64,000 nt of DNA from an uncultured Planctomycetaceae bacterium (GTDB taxonomy: Bacteria; Planctomycetota; Planctomycetia; Planctomycetales; Planctomycetaceae), in assembly GCA_963813715.1 (NCBI GenBank), contig CAWFAK010000015.1, positions 1-64,000 of the forward strand, written 5' to 3'. This document shows, piece after piece, positions 1-12,400 of the stretch; the first letter of the stretch is position 1; each line of letters begins with the position of its first letter. The notes under the pieces are model-generated. The model saw only the letters and a list, made by a program, of their open reading frames with translations. It did no database searches and was not told where the DNA came from. A program made the translations under genes and the position numbers.

Positions 1-1659
1 TTGGAGCACCTCCGCAGCGTCACAAGCCTTGTCGAGCTGGACGTAAGCGGGACCACCATGACGGATGCCGGGCTCGCGCGGCTTGAGGGTCTGAGGCAAC
101 TGAATGCTCTCGATTTGGCCGGCACGCGTGTAACCGACGAAGGCCTCCCACAACTTCGACGTTTCCCGATGCTGAAATCGCTCAATTTGTGCTTGCTGCC
201 GGTGACCGATGCCGGATTTGTTTATGTTGGCTCTGAAGAACCTGCAAAACCTTCGCCTGATCAAGACCCGCGTGACCGACGCAGGGATTGTCCACCTCAA
301 GAGCATGACGCGGCTGGATACCCTCTACATCGGTGAAACGCGTGTCACGGACGCCGGTCTGGCCGACCTTAAGGGATTAACGAATCTCCGCGTCCTCGGT
401 TTGAGCGGGACGCCGGTGACGAACGCAGGGTTGGCACAGCTTGCAGGGCTGACGGAGCTCCGTGCTCTTATCTTATCCGAGACACAGGTGACCGACTCGG
501 GACTGAAGCATCTTCGGGGCCTTAACAAACTCACCGATCTGAACCTGAACGGGACGCGCGTTTCGGACTCGGGTCTCGTGCACTTGGAACGCCTGACCGA
601 GCTCCGTGCACTCCACCTCGCCAGACGCAGGTTACGGACGCCGGTTTGGAGCACCTGCGGACGCTGCTGAAGCTTGAGACCCTGAACCTAAGCGGCCTGC
701 CTGTAACTGACATGGGGCTGACGAACCTGCGAACGCTGAAGGAACTGCGACACCTGTCGCTGGATCGCACGGCGGTAAGCGACGCGGGGTTGGTGCACCT
801 TGAGCCGCTGACGAACCTCGAAAGCGTCAATTTAGGCGAGACACAAGTGACCGAAGCGGGACTGGTGCACTTGCAAGGGCTAAAAAACCTTGGCGGACTC
901 AGCTTGAGGGGAGCGCATCGGGTCGGGACTTCGCGATCCCGAAACTTTTACATTTGCCCCGATTGCAAATGGTCGATTTGAGGGACACCCACGTTTCAGC
1001 CAAGGGATTAGCGATCCTGAAAGCGTCCCTTCCAAGTGGCGCAGATCGTCTGGTCGGAGCCGAATAACACCGCCGCGCGGGCGATCATCGCGGCCGGCGG
1101 CCGCGTCGAAATTCGCGTGCAAGGTGCCGCAGCAGACCGTACGGTTTATATGGCCACTGAACTTCCCCCCGACTCTTTTCAGATTACGGGTGTGAGTTTG
1201 GCCGGCGTCCGACAGCCGCTCAATGAGGTCTTCGAGGCCCTGAAAAATCCAGGCGTGGAGGCCCTGAGCTCCCTCGATCTGTCGGACACCGCTGTCCGAG
1301 ATGCCGACTTGGCCTCTTTGAAGGGCTTCACGCACCTCGGCCGCCTGGTGCTGGACGGAGCAGACATCGAGGGAAAGGGGCTGATCCATTTGCAGGAACT
1401 GAAAGAGCTCCTGGAGCTGCGGCTCGGATGCCCGAAGCTATCCGAGCTCTTCCTGGGGGAACTCGCTGGGCTCAAGAACCTCGAACGACTCTCGCTGGCG
1501 AAAACTCCTGTTTCCGATGAGGGAGCCCGGCAACTGAGGCAGCTCACGCATCTCAAAGAACTCGACCTGACGGAGACCAAGGTCACTGTAGGCGGAATGA
1601 AGGAGCTGCAGAAGGCCCTTCCAGCGTGCCGCATCCTCACGAGCGCGGCCCCGCGCTAA
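1..1659 (+). CDS. Leucine-rich-repeat protein, 3' part (5' end outside window), frameshifted; paralog of the C-terminus of the kinase-LRR at 2271-6981
   Basis: ORFs 1-336, 209-670, 646-981 and 1036-1659 carry ~24-aa LxxLxxLxLxxTxVTDxGL repeats. The 'VWSEPNNTAARAIIAAGGRV' linker and 'LQKALPACRI' cap match the neighbouring gene. Confidence 0.85.
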
Positions 1660-2270
1660 CATCCGAACCGGAAGCTGCGGAACGAAGTGGTCTCAAGCGT
1701 CAGGAAGCGTTCCTTGCCTGTCCTCTGGAGGGCCGAAGCTGAAACGCGGCAGTTTCGGATCGTGCCCATTTCAGGAACTCATCAAGAAAATTAAAACACC
1801 GGAAACGTGTCGATCTCGATGCTTCTGGTACCCGCGTTTCAGTCAACGTCTGGTGCAGAACGACCAGCGGCACGCGCGAACCCTCGGTCACCGAAACCAA
1901 GTGCGGTCACCCGTTTGGACGGTCGAAGTGCAAGGTCGGGACTCTTTTGGATAACGCTCAGGGCAACGACGTGCGGAAAGCACATTTCACGGCCGGGTCG
2001 GTGCTGCCGGTTTGTTGACCGTTTTGCGAAGGCGAACGAGAGTTCTTTCGACTCAGCAACACGTGCATCGCCCAAATCAAACGCCTTCAAGAGGACGTCT
2101 TGAGACGAGGCCGGCGCTCCCTCGCCCTAGCAAATCTCTTTTGTGGCAGTCGGAAGTCGACGGCATTGGCGCGGCGCTGGCTCGAGTGGCCTGCTGACGA
2201 AACGACGCTCCTCGGCTTTCCCGTGTTGGTGTAGTCTGGGCGGCTCGCGGTTGACGACGGCGCGGGGAAA

Positions 2271-5200
2271 TTAGGGCGTGGCCAGCTGCCGTGCCGGGAT
2301 GGTCGTAACGATTCGACATTGCGGTAGCGATGCCTTGAGCTTTGCCAGGCCGGTGGCCGTGACTTGAGTGTCGCTCAGGTCGAGTTCTTTGAGCTGGGTC
2401 AGCCCCGCTAGGTGCAAAACGCCTTGGTCGGTAAGCGTGCTGTTCGCGAGAGACAGGCGCTCCAGCTTCTTCAATCCGCCCAGCTCGAGCAGAAAGAGTT
2501 CTGTGAGCTTCCGCGAGCCAAGCCGCAGCTCAGTAAGTTCCGCAAGCTTCTGCAAATGCATGAGCCCGCGACCGCGAATGGCGTCCCCATCCAGAACGAG
2601 TTGTCGCAGCGCGGTTAAACCTCCGACAGACTCCAGGCCCGCGTCCGTGACGCGCGCGTCTTCGCGAGATTCAGCTGCCGCAAGCCAACGAGAGCCTTGA
2701 GACGCTCCAGGTCGGAATCGTCAACCGCGGTGTCGGACAGGTCGAGAGACACCAGTCCCTCCAGCCTGGGATTCGTAACGGCTGCCAAGAGTCCGTAGAG
2801 ATCGGAGCGCAATCCGACCACGCGCTGAGTGATTTGAAACGGCTCTCGCGGAAGCTCCCTGGCCGCCTTGATCCGCGCTCGGTTCCCATCTCGTCGAGGT
2901 GCACAATGACGCGGCCACCGGCCGCGAGGATGGCGCGGGCCACACGGTCGTTTGGCTCCGACCAGAGGACGGTGACCTTCGGCAGGGTGCTTTTGAGAAT
3001 TTCGAGGCCCCGGGCCGAAACATGGGTTTCCTGCAGGTCGAGGGAAAGCAAGCTCGGCAGGTGCAGAAATCGGGGGATTGCCGTATCACCAAGGCGAGGC
3101 AGCCCTCTCAAGGCGAGGACACGGAGATTCTTGAACCCCTCCAACCCGGCCAGACCCGCTTCCGTAACGCGCGTGGCGCTGAGGTCGAGCACGCCCAGGC
3201 ACGTCAGCCCCTTGAGGTGCGCGAGCCCTTCGTCGGTGACGCGCGTCTGGTCCAGGACCAGCTGCCGCAAATCCGTGAGGTCCTCGAGATTGGCCAGTCC
3301 ACGGTCGGTCACCGGAAGTTGCTTGAGGCTCAAAATTCGCAGTTTCTTGAATCCGCGCACGTATACGAGACCGGCGTCGGTCACGCGTGTTCCCGCGATG
3401 AAGAGCGTCTCCAGCTGCGTCAAGTCCTTCAGTTGTGCCAGCCCCGCGTCGGTGACCTGCGTGTTGGTCAAGGCGATCACGCGAAGGTTCTTCATTTGCG
3501 CGAGCAGCCCGGCACCCGCGTCGGTCACAGCGGTCCCGTATCCCAGCCACAGGTTTTCCAGTTTTCTCAGCGGGAGCAACTGCTTCAACCCCGCGTCCGA
3601 AACGCGCGTTGCCTCGAGGACGAGGCTCTTGAGTTCCGTCAAACCCGCGAGATGCGTCACCCCCGCATCGGTAACGGCCGTGTTGTTGAGATTGAGGTCC
3701 TTCAGGGCCTTCAGGCCCGCTAGATGCACCAAGCCCGCATCGGTCAGCCGCGTCCGGTTGATTGCCAGGCGGGTTAATTTCGTTAGGCCGCGGAGGTGCG
3801 AAAGCCAGGCGTCGGCAATCTCGGCGCGATGCAACACCAGCTCTTCGAGGTTCGTCAGTTCGCCGAGGTGAACCAAGTCCGATTCCCGGAGGGCGTTGCC
3901 TTCCAGCACGAGGCTGCGCAAGTGAGCCATTCTCTTCAGTCGCAGCCACTCGCCGTCTTTTATCACGGTTCCCGACAAATTGAGCGAGACAAAGCTGTCC
4001 AGATGGGGATCCGAGAGAGCAGTCAGCGCCGCTTCAAGTGAACTGCGAACCCCCGCCAGGCTAGCGCCCGTGATCTGGAAGGGCTCCGACGGGAGTTCGG
4101 CGATCGCCTGAACGGAACGGTTAGTCCCCGCGAGCCGAATCTCCACGCTCCCGCCTGCGGCAAGGACGGCTTTGGCAGCCGTGGCATTTGCGTCGGCCCA
4201 AACAAGGCGCACCAATCCCGGCAGTCCCGTCTTAAGGGCCGTGTATCCCTTCGCGGAAACACCAGTGTCACTCAGATCGATCTCCGTCAGGCTTCGCAGC
4301 TGTAGCAGCTGCGGCACGGCGGCATCCGTCAGTTGCAGCGAATCCTTGAGGCTAAGAAAGCGAAGGTTCGTCAGACCTTGCAGACCGGCCAAGCCTGCGT
4401 CTGTGATGCGCGTTCCCCCCAACGTGAGGTCCTCCAGCTCCGCGAGTCCTTTCAGGTGCGGAAAAACCGCGTCCGTCACGCGCGTCCGCTCGAGGTTGAG
4501 ATTTCGCAGATTCTTCAATGCGACCAGCCTGGCAAATCCGGCATCGGTCACCTGCGTCGAGCTCAAGCCAAGTCCCATCAAGTGCTCTAGCTCAAGAATG
4601 TGCGCCAGTCCCGCATCGGTCACGGGCTGCCCGCTCAAATACAGGGTCCGCAATTTCTTGAAACCGTGTAGGTGAGCCAGGCCCGCGTCAGACAAATAGC
4701 GTCCACGCAAATAGAGGGACTCGAGTTGCGGCAGCTCTTCCGCGAGTTGCTTCAACCCCTTGTCGGTTACGTGCGTCCAACTCAAGTTGAGCTCGCGCAA
4801 GTTTTTCAAGGCTTGGAAGTCCGCGAGTCCGGCGTCCGTCACATGCGTGCCGTCGAGCGAAAGGCACTCGAGTTTTGTGAGACCCTCAATGTGCTCAAAC
4901 GCAGCGTCCCCAACCGGCGCGTTCCTGATGACCAAAGTCTTGAGTCCCGTCAGGTCGCGCAGCGCCTGGAATCCAGAGCCCGTAATTTGTTTCCCGCCCA
5001 GTTTCAGGTCGACGAGGTCGTGAAGGCCCCGGAGATGGTCCAGACCGGCGTCCGTGAGCCCTCCACTCTCGAGCTCGACCCGCGTCAGCTCGAGATTCGA
5101 TGGCGGTAAGGCTTGCCCGGGGCGGAGTTGGATCGCTTGCGCAGGTTGACCGGCCCGGACGGTCACGCCGCCCCCCTGCGATAGCACCCACTCCGCGGCC

Positions 5201-6981
5201 CGCCGGTCCACCACGACAGTCGGCCCTTGCGACTTCTGGTCGTTCGCGATCGTGCCGAGCGTTCGGCTCTCCCTCGGCGTCCGCAGAGCGGGCGTCGGCG
5301 GCGCCGCGACCTTGCCAAGCTCTTCCCGCGCCTCGAAGACTTTTCGGCCACCGCGGCTGAGTGTGAATTTGTCTGTCTTGAAGGTCGCATCACCCGCGGG
5401 CTGCTTGAGGGTCACTTCAAGTTGATGATCCCCGGCGCCCAGCGTGATCTCCGCCCGGCCCTGCCCATCGTGGATCACGATCAAGCCTTCCTTCACGCTA
5501 ACCGTCACGTTAGGGTCGTCGACTGCAATGACGACTTGCCCTTTATTGGTGGCGACGCGGATGAGTTGAGCGCCGAACAGGAAATAGGTCACTGCGAGCA
5601 GGATGGCGAGGCCGAGCCCCGCCCGAATGGGCCACTTGTTACTACGTTTGGGAAGTACCCCGGAGGTGGTCGCGTCGGTCGGCGGTGCCTGCTCCGCGAT
5701 CTGACGTTTCTTTTCGACCCCTTGTTGACGCGGAAGCTCGTCTTCAATGGCGCGCAGCTGGTCGACCACGACTTGAGCCGACACCGGGCGCTCGCCTGGG
5801 AATTTCGCCAGGAGTCCCCTCACCAGTTCGGAAAGCGCGTGCGGCACCTCGGAATTCACCGTTTCCAGAGGCGCCGGATCCTCGAGCGCCAAGGCGCGCA
5901 ACTGAAAACAGGGTGTTTCCGCTGAAAGGCCGCTTGCCGGCGGCCATCCGATAAAGGAGGCAGCCCAGGCTGAACAAATCCCGCGGATCGACGGCCTCTC
6001 CCGCAAACTGCTCGGGCACATGTAAGCCGGCGTGCCAATTAGCATCCCCCGATCCGAAATTGCCGAGTCGTCGGCCCACGATTCGCGCAGCCGAAATCGA
6101 GAATTTTTACTTTCCCTGTTCGACCGCCGTCGACCGCCAACAGGCCGGGCGCGACTGCTCGCAGGGCGGATTCCGAAAGCTGCTTGTCCTGCGGCGCAAT
6201 TGGCTGGCGCATGGGTTTCTCGGGCCCCTCCAACCAGACGTTCGCCGGCTTGATGTCGCGATGCAAAAGGCCCCTGGCGTGAGCCGCCGCCAAACCCGAG
6301 GCGATCTCGCGCCGATCCGCACGGTTTCTTGGACGCTCAGCCGACTTTCGCTGATGAGGTGATCCTCGAGGGTCTCGCCCTGGAGCAATTCCAGTGCGAT
6401 GAAAGGCGTGTCGCCGTGCATCCCGACCTGGTAGATGGTCACCACGTGTTCGTGCCTGAGTGCGGCGGCGCTCTGCGCCTCACGCAGAAAGCGGTCAGCG
6501 TGCCTCGCCGCAATCACCGGATGCATTAATTTGAGTGCCACATGCCGCTTGAGGCGAATGTCTTCCGCTTCGAAGACGACCGCGAACCCGCCAGACCCGA
6601 AGACCCGCAGCACGCGGAAGTCGCCCAGCCGGCCGATCTCGTCGGCCGCTTGCGCAGGGGCCAAATGCCGACTGATTTCGCTCACCGAACAGGGAGCTTC
6701 CCCCTTGTCCGACTGCGTCTTGTCATGGGTCCAAGTCGCCAGGGCGCGTGCAGACATTCAATCGGCAGATACAGCGTTCTTGTCGGCTCGGCGGCCGTGC
6801 CACGTTGGACTCGGACTGCGTTGAGCAACTCCTCAGAATTCAGGCACTCGTCGAAAGCGCTCCAGCACTGCGGACACTGCTCGAGATGCTGTTGAATCCT
6901 GTCGGCCACCCGACTCGGGAGTTGCCCCAGGACCAGCCGCTGTAACTCGTCGGGGCTGGGGCAATTCTGTGGTTCAGCCAT
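2271..6981 (-). CDS. Hanks-type Ser/Thr kinase with N-terminal HxxxCxxC zinc-finger-like motif, TM helix and long C-terminal LRR region (frameshifted)
   Basis: Joined ORFs show [35 protein letters not shown] and GTPAYM kinase motifs; TM segment [21 protein letters not shown]; then tens of LRRs ending [10 protein letters not shown]. Confidence 0.9.
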
Positions 6982-6994
6982 CGAACGCTCGTTC

Positions 6995-7489
6995 CTATGA
7001 CTCTTCCCCCACGGCCGGCGGTTGGCCGTTCACGTCGACCGCAGAGATGGGGTTCGGGGGCGACGGAGCAATAGGACTAGGAATCTTGTCTTGGAGTGTG
7101 TCTCCGTCGATGATGCCCGTCTTTTCGAGCGAGGTCGAAGAGACCGGCGGCGGAGTTGCTGAATGGGGTGCATCCGTCCGCACCTCGGACTGGGTGAGAT
7201 CGACGAGGAGTTCCATCTCGCCAATGGCCACGATGTCGTCTTGCATCAAGATCGACGCCGAACCCGAAGCGATTTGACGTCCGTTCACCCGCGTTCCATT
7301 CTTGCTGGCCAAATCGCGAACGCGCAGAGTGTAGTCATCCAGCAAGAGGACACAGTGGTAGCCGCTGACGACCTCACTGAGCGGCCGAAAGTCGCAGTCG
7401 TCGGCCCGCCCGATAAGTAGCTTTCCACGGGCGATCTGCAGCATCAGCCCGGCCCCGGGACCTTTGACAACTTTCAGTTTTGCGTCCAT
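6995..7489 (-). CDS. FHA domain protein
   Basis: LIGR...VSGYHC...DLASKNGTRVNG FHA motifs; stop lies 13 bp upstream of the kinase start, same strand. Confidence 0.9.
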   Translation of the reverse strand: MDAKLKVVKGPGAGLMLQIARGKLLIGRADDCDFRPLSEVVSGYHCVLLLDDYTLRVRDLASKNGTRVNGRQIASGSASILMQDDIVAIGEMELLVDLTQSEVRTDAPHSATPPPVSSTSLEKTGIIDGDTLQDKIPSPIAPSPPNPISAVDVNGQPPAVGEES

Positions 7490-8296
7490 CCGGGACCTCT
7501 GTTATTTTTCTGCGTCGGCAGTCGGTTGGCGACGCGTGGCGTATCACCCGGTTTTCTCCTTCGTGGGCTCAACCCTCTCGGGGGCTCCGTTGCAGCAGTT
7601 TACCACCCGAGAATGAGTGGCCGCGACAAGATTCTGGCGCAGCGGCAACCTATACAGCAATCCGTACTTCTACCTACAACTTGAGCCCGTCGGCAAACCG
7701 AGACCGCTTCCCTTTCGGCGAACATAAAGGCTAAAAAACTGCAAAGAAGGGTCCTGCTCACCGGCGCGAATCGAGGCTTCGACTCCAGCCGGCCAAGAAA
7801 CTGGCCAGTCACGGCTTTCGGGTGTTTTGGGAGCGCGATCCGCGAGCCGGCGCCGACACGAACGTCGGCAACAACGCCGAGGATTTTGTCGATGGAAATC
7901 GGCGACTCGAACAGCATCGCGACCACCAACAGGCTGGATTCCCTCGTCCGAGACCGGAGAGTCGCGAACCATGACCTTGGGTCCTGGGAACCGAAGGTTG
8001 GAGCTTCGAGCCCTCGTCACGGCCACACTTTTCGGTCGATTTTTTTCCTTGTCTCAGAGTTGATGGAATTCCACTTCCCCCGGGACGGAGAGCGAAAGAC
8101 TCGCCCGCGCGGTCCGGAGCGACGCCATGCGGAACCGGGGACCGGAGTTTGGCAGGCGCAGGCCAGGAGTCGAACGTCGACGTTGCCGATCTCGGCGATG
8201 TTCATCAATCTCACACTGTTCGGCAGTCGGCATATTTTGTGCGAGGATCGGTGCCGGGGCAGCACCAGACTCGAAGGTACGGGCGGGAGAACAGAG

Positions 8297-8527
8297 ATGT
8301 CCGATTTTGTTGAAGTCGTCGATCTTAGCCATCAAGTCCACGTCATCAACGTCCGGCAAATCGTTCGTCTGGGGAACACTCGGCCCCCAAATTGGGACGT
8401 CGTATTGACCCGTGGCGAACCCCTAGCATTGAGCAAGACCGAAGCGGATAAGCTGCTCAAGACCGTGCCGGCCGTCCAAACGAGTTCGAACCAGCTTAAG
8501 CACAACAGAGGGCGCGACGGCAAATAG
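8297..8527 (+). CDS. Small hypothetical protein (MSDFVEVVDLSHQVHVINVRQIVRL...)
   Basis: GGAGA upstream of ATG 8297; protein-like beta-strand pattern. Confidence 0.5.
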   Translation: MSDFVEVVDLSHQVHVINVRQIVRLGNTRPPNWDVVLTRGEPLALSKTEADKLLKTVPAVQTSSNQLKHNRGRDGK

Positions 8528-8773
8528 AGACGTCTCGGTCGCTCGCCAATTCCCATAATCTCCGATGCGGCGATCGCGTCGGCGTCACATCGACGGTCGA
8601 CGCACGAAGGTGACGGGACCGATGAGCACGTACAGACACCTCCGGTTGAGCGCATTGCGCTTCAAGGAATCCATGCGGGTCAGGCAAAAAATGTCGAAAG
8701 CAGGGCATGAAGTTTGCCAACAGATCACCGAAATCAAAGTCTCAATTGAGCTCGCAAATAGTGAGTTTGCCCC

Positions 8774-9364
8774 ATGATTGCACGTCTGCGGTTTCTCCAT
8801 GGTGATTCCATCGAAGAGACGATCGAGATTCCTCCGGGCGAAGTCGTGATCGGCAGAGATATCGATTGTCATCTGCAACGCGAAAGCCCATTCATCAGCC
8901 GCCATCATTGCGTCCTATTGCTCGATGAGTACACACTCCGAATTCGAGATCTGGGCAGCAAGAATGGAACTTTCGTAAACGGACGTCGAATCGGCGGGGG
9001 CGAAACCATCGTCATCGATGGCGACCTGGTTGCAGTCGGAGAGATCACTTTTCAAGTCATCCTCGTTCTGGCATTGGACCGAGCGCGATCAACCGTTTCA
9101 GGGTCACCGTCAGCGGAGGTCCAAAACGCTTTAGAAGCGACCGGGCCATTGGGCGACGAGACGTTCCATGGCCGCGGGCCGGCCGTGAGCTCGTCATGTA
9201 GTGACCTGCCAGCAAGCGACCGACCGTCGGTCAATGGGTCGACAATCGACCAAACTGGCTGTCCGAGAGCCAGTGAAACCTGCCCGCAGAAGACGCCTAT
9301 TGCCGACTTGGGACCCGAGGCAATCGTCAGCCCAGTCGAACCCTTCGCACCCCGAGCGTTGTAA
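8774..9364 (+). CDS. FHA domain protein
   Basis: VIGRD...ISRHHC...DLGSKNGTFVNG; close paralog of 6995-7489. Confidence 0.9.
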   Translation: MIARLRFLHGDSIEETIEIPPGEVVIGRDIDCHLQRESPFISRHHCVLLLDEYTLRIRDLGSKNGTFVNGRRIGGGETIVIDGDLVAVGEITFQVILVLALDRARSTVSGSPSAEVQNALEATGPLGDETFHGRGPAVSSSCSDLPASDRPSVNGSTIDQTGCPRASETCPQKTPIADLGPEAIVSPVEPFAPRAL

Positions 9365-9837
9365 TTTGCTATTAAGCCGAGCGAACCAGCACGCCGAGAA
9401 AGGAAGCCGTGAAATTCGGACGGTCGTCGATTGATATGGATCTCATGCCGCGCTGAAATCAAAGCCCTCAAATGATTTGGTGGACCGGCTTAATCGATCA
9501 CTGCATGGGGATCGCACCGCGAATCCTCCTCCACGACAATCTGCGCCGTCCCCACACACTCGTCGATGCCGAGCTGCTGCACGAGCCACTCTCGCGCATT
9601 TAGGACGTACGGAACTCACGCTGAATCCGAGTCTCGACCATTCGGCTCGAAGATCAGCGGCCTCGTCGCCGAGCCCGCCTTCCGGCATGCCCTGATTTCC
9701 CTGCGGGCGCGTTATCAGCGCGGTTTTTGACGATTGTCGCGAAAGTACCGCTTGTGCGCGTGCCGAAGAATGGAGAAGCAACGGCGCAACGCCCGCGCGG
9801 CGTATCTTTTCGCGCGCGAATCAGCGGGGGGTTCGGC

Positions 9838-10235
9838 ATGATTGGGGCAAGTGAGAACAGCGAACCGGTGTCTCTCGCAGGACTCGATACTCCACCTTCC
9901 GATATGGTGGAGTTCGTTAAGAACCTCATTTGCGACGATGACCGAGTCAGCCAGAGGCGGGACTTTGCTCGGCATCCGCTCGTGTTCGAGGCGGTGACGA
10001 TCCCACTCGATGAAGAGCTTCAGCCCGCTGGCCCCCATTTATAACTCTGGCCCGCAACGTGTCGTTGGCTGGAGCCTCTCTGGTTCACAGTGAACCGATC
10101 CATGCCTCGTTCATTCGGGTGTCTCTCGAAGGCGTCAACCTGGGCGCGACGATGGTCGCGAAGGTCCGGCGCTCTCAGCAGGTCAAGCAGCAGTATTTTG
10201 AAGTCGACTGCGAATTCGTCTCGCGGGCTGCCTGA
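9838..10235 (+). CDS. PilZ-like domain protein (frameshift near 10040)
   Basis: Joined frames give RRDFARHP (RxxxR) and RNVSLAG ([D/N]xSxxG), ending VAKVRRSQ...YFEVDCEFVSRAA. Confidence 0.55.
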
Positions 10236-11135
10236 CGCGAGCACCTGCAAATTTGCTCCGCGATGCGTCGGAGGGTACTGATGGCTCGGAAGCCTTCCCG
10301 CGCATCGGATCGCATCGCGTTTCCACGCAACGACAAGGCCAGAAAGTTCACCGCCGCGCAAGCCAACTCCGCGCGAGCAACGGCGAGGGCTGTAGGCTGA
10401 TCCGAATCCGGTGCCGCCGTCTCAAACTCGCTAGCCAACCCATCGCGCATCGGTGTAAACCCTCATCGGTACGGTTCCCAATTTCGCTCGCCGGCTCCGG
10501 CCGATAGTTTCAGTTTCTCAACGTGATGCTCCGTCGGCCGAGAAACAGGGTCATCACTTACTGGGCCACTCCGTGATCGGCTGACCCGCTGACGGAGCGG
10601 CCTTTTGCTTTGTGGGGCGTGCAATGGTGCATGAAAGAAACTGCCACGCTGAAAAACCACCTCGTTTCACTCAGCGTCCCGAAGTCGACAAGGCAACGCG
10701 GTGGGGTTCGCGGTCAAAGCGATCAGCGCATACAGGCTCGACATGTGGATTTCGCGGTCACGCATCGGAACCGCCAGAGTCTTCGAACCGAGGCAGAAGC
10801 CGAAGTCTTTGCTCGGCAGCATATACGGCGATTCGAGAGTTGCTGGCCGCCCGAGGACACTGGGTCGGTGTTTAATGTCGAGCAAAACGGAATTGGCATC
10901 CGTTCATGCAGGGTTAATACTAATTGCGGTCCAGGCTGAAGTGGGCGTAGTGTGTGCAAAGCGTAAGGCCCATCTTGGTGGCCCGCAGCCGGTCCTCGCC
11001 CAAGATTTCCGGCTGCGGGCTCTTTTTTACGATCTGGTCTGGGCACGTGAGCCGGGTCGTCTTCGCCCAACCCGACGCCTGCGGAGACCGCGGCCACCGT
11101 GCCTCTCCTTAGGAACAAGCGCCTTGGACGTCCAA

Positions 11136-11471
11136 ATGTGCCGTGCCTGCGGCCGTCCCGTCAGTAACCGCGCCGCCCGCTATTGCTCGCGCGGGTGCTG
11201 GATGGCATCAGACGAGCGGCGGCGCCGGATCCGGGTTTTTTGGGCAGAGCGGGTGACTCAGTCCGACCCGACGCAGGAACAAATCGCGGCCGAGTGCAAG
11301 CTGATCCAGGCGATGTGGAGCGACGCCGAGCGCGTTGGGCGGATGCGAGTCGACTGGCGACCGATCGGGTGGGAGGTTCGGCTCGTTGCGGCGGCCGATG
11401 ATGCGGTCACAGCAGGCGGAAGAGCTGACCGCGTACCGGGTCAGTACGCTTCTAAACGGCCCCGGGAATGA
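11136..11471 (+). CDS. Small hypothetical protein with N-terminal CxxC...CSRGC zinc-finger-like motif
   Basis: MCRACGRPVSNRAARYCSRGC...DPTQEQIAAECKLIQAMWSDAER. Confidence 0.5.
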   Translation: MCRACGRPVSNRAARYCSRGCWMASDERRRRIRVFWAERVTQSDPTQEQIAAECKLIQAMWSDAERVGRMRVDWRPIGWEVRLVAAADDAVTAGGRADRVPGQYASKRPRE

Positions 11472-11490
11472 CTATCCCGAGTGCATCGCG
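11416..11490 (+). pseudogene. C-terminal fragment of an SOS response-associated peptidase (SRAP/YedK)
   Basis: AEELTAYRVSTLLNGPGNDYPECIA resembles the SRAP C-terminal 'xAYPVSxxVNxxxNDxPxCI' motif; no upstream SRAP body seen. Confidence 0.55.
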
Positions 11491-11579
11491 AGACGGTCGG
11501 CTTCACGCTGCGGTGCATACGCCGCTTGTCGGCACTCATAGCCTGGGCCGAATTCCGCCAAAACGTATGAGGATCCGAG

Positions 11580-11656
11580 ATGCGGAATCGTGTGCCGAAA
11601 TATGCGTGAGTTTCTGGTGCCTGTCACGGCGGCACTTATCGGTGGTTTAACGGCGA
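11580..11656 (+). repeat. Direct repeat copy A (~75 bp), related to 21845-21920
   Basis: Shared blocks ATGCGGA, CGTGTGCCGAAA, TGAGTTTC and GTGCCnGTCACGGnGGCACTTATCGGT. Confidence 0.8.
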
Positions 11657-11810
11657 TCCCGGAAAGGCTTAAGATTCAACGGACGCAGTCAACCGAACTG
11701 ATTGACGGTGCAGCTAGTCGACGAACACAGACCGAATCGACGTCGGTTCCAATCTGGTTGCCGTCCTTCGCGTGCCTAATAGGACGGCTCGTCCTGTGAC
11801 CAATACGATC

Positions 11811-12314
11811 CTACAATTTCACGAACAACTGCAATGCGAATTGTCCCACTTCGCTATTGCAGGCGACCACCAGGCAATCGAGCCCAGGTGGGGGCTGGAA
11901 ATCCTTGGCGTCGACGACCGTGGGCAGGGAGAAGGCGAAGCGGTAGGGGGTGGCGGACAGCAGGGCCTTAGCTTGGCCGGCGACAACGTTGCCGATTTCC
12001 CCAGCGCAATCTCGGATCAATTGGTCGCTCACCTCGATCGAGACGCCGGCGAGCATGCGCTTGGCGAGATTCTCTGCAGTGTGCTTCGGAAAAATGAGGA
12101 GCAGCGATCCTTCGATCCCCGTGATGAATTTAAGCTCCGCGCAGATGCTCTCCGACGAATGACGAGCGGGTCCGCGAAACATGGCCCGAACAGTCACCTC
12201 GGTGCTTGCCATCTCGCCCAGTGCCGCGGAGGTGGCGGTGATGAACGGGTTCAGGAGCGTCTCCCGCATCTCTGCGGAAATCGGTTCTGGCCCCTCGGCC
12301 GCGAGCTCAGACAT
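11811..12314 (-). CDS. cheX: Chemotaxis phosphatase CheX
   Basis: LLNPFITAT...DCAGEIGNVVAGQAK...FSLPTVV (ExxN motif); last gene of the che operon. Confidence 0.85.
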   Translation of the reverse strand: MSELAAEGPEPISAEMRETLLNPFITATSAALGEMASTEVTVRAMFRGPARHSSESICAELKFITGIEGSLLLIFPKHTAENLAKRMLAGVSIEVSDQLIRDCAGEIGNVVAGQAKALLSATPYRFAFSLPTVVDAKDFQPPPGLDCLVVACNSEVGQFALQLFVKL

Positions 12315-12400
12315 GGTCAACACCTTCAAATCCTGCCGGTCGTGCCCGCGCTGCAATCCCCGCGAGTCTCGTGCGGCGATTTGCCACCCAGCAATTTTAG

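Noticed and set aside
2834..5925. Long plus-strand ORFs opposite the LRR kinase, and similar antisense ORFs opposite che, thrC and YyaL genes
   Set aside because: Shadow ORFs of GC-rich coding sequence, with no recognisable motifs.
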